A stretch of DNA of 64,000 bases from Thecamonas trahens ATCC 50062 (taxonomy: Eukaryota > Protista > Apusomonadida), in contig NW_013657621.1 of the NCBI RefSeq assembly GCF_000142905.1, forward strand, positions 151,123-215,122, written 5' to 3'. Both the position numbers and the translations under genes were made by a program. Shown here in pieces: positions 58,751 through 64,000 of this stretch. Every line of letters begins with the position of its first letter. Positions within the stretch are counted from its first letter, which is position 1. Below the pieces are notes generated by a model. It did not search any database. It was given only the letters and a program-made list of their open reading frames with translations, and had not been told where the DNA came from.

Positions 58751-61444
58751 CTACTGTAGCGAGTCGAGCAGGACCTGTGCGCCAGCAAAGTCAGGATCAG
58801 CGGCCACAAGGCGTGAAAGCGCCTTGCGCGCCGCAGTTCGCTTGCCGGCTGCTAGCAGTGCTTCAGCCAGCTCGTAGAGAACAGGCAACGCCGCGGCGGC
58901 ACTCTTATCACCGCCGGCGGCGCGGACTCGGGCCGCGTACGCCTTGCGCAGCCGGCCAGCGGCGCGATGGGCGTCACCACTCGCCAGGGCCACACGCCCG
59001 AGCACGAGATGAGCCTCTGCAAGCGATGAATCACCACCGACCGCGCGCTCGAGCGCGGCAACGCCAGCGAGTGTATCACCGCTGTCGACGAGCGCGAGAC
59101 CATGCAGCATGTGAAGCCGTGGCGTCGCACCCGGCAGCGCGGCAGCGCGGTTTGCGGCATCAAGTGCAGCTCTCGTCTCGCCAGCTTCGAGGTGGAGCTG
59201 GGTGGCAAAGGCAAGCGCGTCGATGCTCTCCGGCGCGTGGTCGAGCGCGTGGTTTGTCGAGGCCAACGCCAGGCGATATTCTCCGGTTGCGTGGTAGAGC
59301 GAGGCGAGCGCGAGGTGTGCAGCCGGATCGTTCGGGCGGGCGGCGACGTGGTCCTGCGCGGCGGCGATCTGTGCTGAGAGTGGAAGCTCTCGCGGCGTGT
59401 CGGCAGCTGATCGCTCGCCGGTACGGATCTTGGCCAGCTCGTCGGCTGAATAGTGAAGCGATGGATCAAGTGCGAGCGAGCGCTCCAGGGCTGGCACAGC
59501 TTTGTCGAGCTCGCCATTGACCGAGTGTTCGAGGCCGATGCGCATCCAGGCCTCTGCGAGATTTGGGTCAACGCGGACGGCGTAGTAAAAGCGGTCTAGG
59601 CCATCGCGGCCGCGGCCAACACGGCACAGCAGCGTACCCTCGTGCATGGCCGCAAGTGCCTTCATCTTTGGATCGTCCTGGTAGAGAGCCAAGCGGCCGC
59701 CGTGTGGCGAGAACTCGGATGCCATATGAAAGACTTTGATGGCTTCCTCGTACTGCCCGCGATGCTCCAGAATGGCGCCCCAGTTGAAGAACTGGCCCAG
59801 GTTGGTGGCGAGCTTAGAGGCGGCCTCGTAGTACTCGATGGCGGTGTCAAACGCATTCATCTTGGCGTAGCACGTTGCAATGTTGATGAGCGTTGATGGG
59901 TCGTCAGGCGAGGCTATCAGCGAGACGTTAAAGTAAGCGACAGCTTGGGCGTACTCGCCGCGTGCAAAATGAACGTTGCCGAGGTTGAAGTTGACCTTGC
60001 CATTGGAGGGCACCACAGCCTCGGCTGACCGCCACAACGCCTCCTCGGACGCCCAGTCGGCGTTACGCGCCAGCGTCCGGCCCGAGTAGGCAACCAGCAG
60101 CAGCAGCGCAAGGCCTAGCACAAGCTGGCGGCTACGCCCCGTGCTGCGCTCCAAGGCCAGCTTCAGCAGGTAGCCCAGTAGGAGGCACCAGCCTAGAGAG
60201 GGGATGTAGAGCACGCGCTCAGCAACCAGAAAGCCGATTAGGAAGAACAGATTGGTGGAAGGGAGAAAGGGGACGGCGGCAAAGGCGGCGGCAGCGAGAA
60301 CCGGAAGATGAACGCGAGTCGAGGTCGACATGCGCAAGACGTTGAGCCCGCAAGCGTAGAGGCAGCCGCCGAGCACAACAGCGGCCAGCGCCCAGGTGAG
60401 AGCGACGCGGACGTCGGCAAACGACTCGATCATGGGAATCGACTCGAACGAGTAGTCGGCACAAAGATGGAGCGGGAAGATGAGCAGCCACGTATTGTAG
60501 GCGTATATGTAGGGAAAGTTGAGAAGCTTGGGCAGGAGCTCGTCCGAGACGGCAGCCTGGTTGTCCTTCTCGGGCCATGTTGGGAGCACGCCCTGGTTGA
60601 GCGAGAGGCGCCACCACATAAAGACGAGACCAAAGAGCGCGTACGAGACTTGGCGGACAAAGACGGGCCAGAACCGATCGGGCTGCCACGAGACTAGCTT
60701 GAAGCGGGTGGCAGCGGCAACTACGGCATTGATCTTGCCAACACGTGCCGGATTGCGAGCCGCCGCAGCCGCTGCGGCCTCATCTTTGGCCTGGACCGGC
60801 AACTCCAGCCAGTTCATGACATACAACATTTCGTAGAAGAACAGGACGCCAAAGACAGTAATGCCAGTCTCTTTGCAAAGCGTGGCGGCAGCAGCAAAGG
60901 CACAGACTGCCATCGACCATCTCAGCGACGTGTGGTAGCGACGAGCGGCACGGACGCCCGCAAGAAAGGCGGCAGCGTAAAAGACAAAACACATGACCTC
61001 GGCGCGGCCGACGACGCCAGCGACGGCCTCGGCGTGGACAGGATGGGTGGCAAAGAGAAGAGCGGCAAAGAGAGAGGCGTGCGAGTAGCCATCGAGGATG
61101 GTGCCGGCGATGGGAAGCACCAGAGCTGAGCCCAGGGCGTGGAAGAGTACGTTGCCAAGGTGGAAGCCGAACTCAGCGGTACCCGAGATGAGAAAGTTGG
61201 CGCGAAAGGTGAGGACCACAAGCGGACGGAAAGACTTGTGCGAGCGGGGGTCATCCATGGGCATGCCCCAGTAGTCGTGGCGCCAGTAGTGCGACCAGGG
61301 GACAGGATCGGGCGAGACGACGTCTGCGTTGCGGTGAATAGCGTACTCGTCGTCAAAGAACAGCTCGCCCCAGAGCGAGTTGCAGTACACGGCAGACGCC
61401 ACGGCAGCAACAACAAGGTACGCCCATGCTGGAGTTGGCTCCAT
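58751..61444 (-). CDS. TMTC: TMTC-family protein O-mannosyltransferase (DUF1736 plus TPR repeats)
   Basis: FFDDEYAIHRNADV, HDYWG...SHKSFRPL, HPVHAEAVAGVVGRAE, LCADYS, AERVLYIPSLG, RNADW, then TPRs. Confidence 0.94.
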   Translation of the reverse strand: MEPTPAWAYLVVAAVASAVYCNSLWGELFFDDEYAIHRNADVVSPDPVPWSHYWRHDYWGMPMDDPRSHKSFRPLVVLTFRANFLISGTAEFGFHLGNVLFHALGSALVLPIAGTILDGYSHASLFAALLFATHPVHAEAVAGVVGRAEVMCFVFYAAAFLAGVRAARRYHTSLRWSMAVCAFAAAATLCKETGITVFGVLFFYEMLYVMNWLELPVQAKDEAAAAAAARNPARVGKINAVVAAATRFKLVSWQPDRFWPVFVRQVSYALFGLVFMWWRLSLNQGVLPTWPEKDNQAAVSDELLPKLLNFPYIYAYNTWLLIFPLHLCADYSFESIPMIESFADVRVALTWALAAVVLGGCLYACGLNVLRMSTSTRVHLPVLAAAAFAAVPFLPSTNLFFLIGFLVAERVLYIPSLGWCLLLGYLLKLALERSTGRSRQLVLGLALLLLVAYSGRTLARNADWASEEALWRSAEAVVPSNGKVNFNLGNVHFARGEYAQAVAYFNVSLIASPDDPSTLINIATCYAKMNAFDTAIEYYEAASKLATNLGQFFNWGAILEHRGQYEEAIKVFHMASEFSPHGGRLALYQDDPKMKALAAMHEGTLLCRVGRGRDGLDRFYYAVRVDPNLAEAWMRIGLEHSVNGELDKAVPALERSLALDPSLHYSADELAKIRTGERSAADTPRELPLSAQIAAAQDHVAARPNDPAAHLALASLYHATGEYRLALASTNHALDHAPESIDALAFATQLHLEAGETRAALDAANRAAALPGATPRLHMLHGLALVDSGDTLAGVAALERAVGGDSSLAEAHLVLGRVALASGDAHRAAGRLRKAYAARVRAAGGDKSAAAALPVLYELAEALLAAGKRTAARKALSRLVAADPDFAGAQVLLDSLQ

Positions 61445-62207
61445 GGCTGTGGGTAAAGGGGGGGGGGTGGGCAGGGGGGTGCAGTGTGCGTGGGTGACGT
61501 CGCTGGAGCTGGTGAGTGGTTGCTAACCGGTGGTCACTCGACGGCAGCCGACGACGATTGGCAGCAGGAACAGGGCTCGGGCGGCCGACACATGCACTCT
61601 TGATTGTGGACCCATCCTCTGTCATTCACCGTCCAACATCTTGCCTCGCCCTGTCCATCTCCCATGCCTTGTTTGTATCGCCTGTCCTCGCACCAGAAGC
61701 GGGGTTGGTCGAAATGTGGGGCTTGCGGATGCCGGACTTGTCAGCAAAGAGCGGCACAGGCTCGAGCTGGTACTGGCCGGGCGCGACTTCGAAATGATGT
61801 CGCGGGCTTGGGATATAGGGCCGCCGTCGATGAGCCCAACGCGTCGTGGGTTACAGGCGAAACGGTGGTGAGATGCTGCACCGCGTGTTGGTCTGCGAAA
61901 ATGCAAACGGAGGGGGCACCCTCTCAGTTCCCCATTTTGGGTGTAGGAGCTCCTTTCGGGACCGAGAGGCCATGGTTTTTCTTCTGTGAACTTGGAGCCA
62001 GCTGCAGCGTTGCAAGGTACGAATCATCCAACGCCACCCAGGCAACCCTCGCCGAGCTCCCTGTCAAGTTCAATCCCTACACCAACAATGTTATCATGTT
62101 GGCTGGCTCTGCTGGGTCTAGCCAGACCATCTACTTTATAGATCATACCATACTACGCACGTCTTCAACCATCTATCGCTGCGTTTCCAACTGCACCGAT
62201 CTCGAAG

Positions 62208-62760
62208 CTACCCGGTTGGTTCCTCTGATTCTCCGTTGGTGTCATGGATGAGGCCCAAGTGGGCAGCTTCGAAGAAGAGGCAGTCGGCGGCAAAGACAAG
62301 ATCAAAGCGGCCGCCGCACAACGCCACATCGGCCGAGTAGTCTACGGCAGCGTCCCACTCGAGGAGTGCCCCGACGAGCGTTGGAGGGTGCTACGCTGAC
62401 GCCGTGGTTGGCGGCAAGATTGGCAGCGAGCAGATCAACCGAGGTCGGGTTGCCGTCGGTGACGACAACCGCGGCAGTGTCGGAAGCGGCTGCAGCCGCA
62501 ACGACAACGCCGGCAAGACCGGTCATGCCGGCGCCAAGCTCGATGGCCCGAAACGAGTTGCGGGCAAGAAGGCCGGCGTGGCGGGTGAGGAGAAGATGGG
62601 CGAAAACCTCCTCGGACGGCCAGATGCAGATGTTACCGGTGTTGTTGTTGCCCATCAGCCTGGCAGCCGAGACCTTTGGCGGAACCTCCCACACAGAGAC
62701 TACGGCCATGCCATCAGGAGCACTCTCGCCATCGCGTTCGCCTCGGCGAGGAAGTGAGAC
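62208..62760 (-). pseudogene. CAMKMT: Calmodulin-lysine N-methyltransferase fragment (frameshifted, truncated)
   Basis: [35 protein letters not shown]; after a +1 frame change near 62385, LLEWD...[12 protein letters not shown]. Similarity appears to stop near 62243 and no family N-terminus is visible. Confidence 0.7.
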
Positions 62761-64000
62761 GTGCGGCTGCGGAGGCGATTGGAGGCCGAGGCGAAGGTCG
62801 TTGTGGCTGCGGTGGCGTACAAGCGCCGCTACTTTGTGGCGATCAAGGTCGATGGCTGCCCAAACGATATGGATGAAGCAGTCTATGCATCAACGTCTCC
62901 AACAGCGGCAAGAACAAAGTCGGTGGATGCATCGAGAACCGCGGCCGTGGACGACCAGTGGCCAGGGTGAGGGAGCGATCGGCCAGTCGTATGCAAGTTG
63001 AGATGGCGATGGAATGCGGGCATCAGCTTTGTTGAGTGCACAGCGGGGGTTCATGGCAGCCAGCTCGCCGACGAGGGATCTGCGGTTGTTTGATTTGGGG
63101 GGAGGTGAGGCCCATGGGACTGGATCGTTCGTGGTTGGCTTTTAGCGTCGGCCTTGGGGGCGTCGGACGGGTGGCTGAGGAGGCGATTGGAGGCCGAGGC
63201 GAGGGTGAGGCGGTAGATCGGGCTGGAGAGGATGTCCAGCATACTTGTGTGTGTGGGCCGCGTGCTCGTTTGCTGGGAGCTGGCGCGGCATGTGCGGCTT
63301 GGTGTGGCGATGGGAGGGGGGATGGCTGGTGTCCGACTGCGGCATGGATGTGGTGAGAGTGTGCGCGATCTGGCGACGACGAGTGTGTGGAAGGGTGATG
63401 GCATGTGCTCGCTGTCGTCGAGCAACCGGATGTCCCATTCGTCTGGACGGAGCAGGGCATGGCTTTGTTGCTTCCGCTGTTACCTTGATGGCGAGCTGGA
63501 ACCGCAGCACGCTCTTGAGGAAGGACGACGACGTTGCATCGACCGCCAGGGCGGTGGTGTCCAGGCTGCAGCGCGGCTGTGGTGGACGGAGCGTGGTCGG
63601 CTTGTTGTTTGCCCAGCCCATGAACGGCGTGACAGTCGTCATGCCAGCGGTAACGTCGGCGAGGAGGACGATGGCGTTGGCGTCAGCAGCACTCGGCTGT
63701 TGACAAGGATGCGGTCGGTGACGGTAGGCATGCGCAACGCCTCGATGGCAGAGATCAGATTGCGGCTGCGCGGCGTGAGCCAGGGTGCGTGCGCGGGCGG
63801 CGGCGATGAGGACAACGAGCGAGGGACATGGATGGGGTTGGCAAGGTACGTCGTTGTCAGGTAGAGGTAGCACGACGCCCAGCAAAGCAGAGCTGGTCGG
63901 CTGACCTCGCTTGATCGAGGACGGTAAGGAGGACTGGCGGAGGCGGTGGGGAGCTGCGGGGGAGATCGGGATAAAGGAGGACAGAGTGTTGATGTGCGAG

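Overview
Gene-dense, GC-rich (about two-thirds GC by eye) eukaryotic nuclear DNA with few introns and three N-gaps. The gene content and style suggest a unicellular protist such as an apusomonad (Thecamonas-like); this is inference only. About 27 protein-coding loci are supportable. Housekeeping genes: ETFDH, RPA1, V-ATPase subunit C, ALG10, CSN1, Rab14, CCZ1, INTS7-like, ARPC3, TMTC, and the 5' end of a TRIM37-like RING gene running off the left edge. Signalling and surface genes: a giant 14x FG-GAP / beta-helix / Cys-rich / multi-TM receptor-like protein, a hybrid histidine kinase, a DEP-Zn-Rab fusion, a dual-PH protein, and SAM, MYND, C2H2 and F-box-ankyrin proteins. Two bacterial-type enzymes: a metzincin protease and a patatin. 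I reconstructed five spliceosomal introns, including a 17-nt Rab14 micro-exon. The oddest signals are: (i) exact 13, 40 and 47-nt tandem duplications paired with deletions in conserved motifs of the histidine kinase; (ii) a stop-free metalloprotease gene needing repeated -1 frame corrections; (iii) a DEP-Rab fusion with the catalytic Gln replaced by Val; (iv) seven convergent gene pairs with stops only 5-61 nt apart; (v) two promoter-region minisatellites sharing motifs; (vi) a mosaic of gene fragments at the right end. Items (i), (ii) and (vi) could be sequencing or assembly artefacts and need reads and RNA-seq. No rRNA, tRNA, CRISPR array or intact transposase was recognised.
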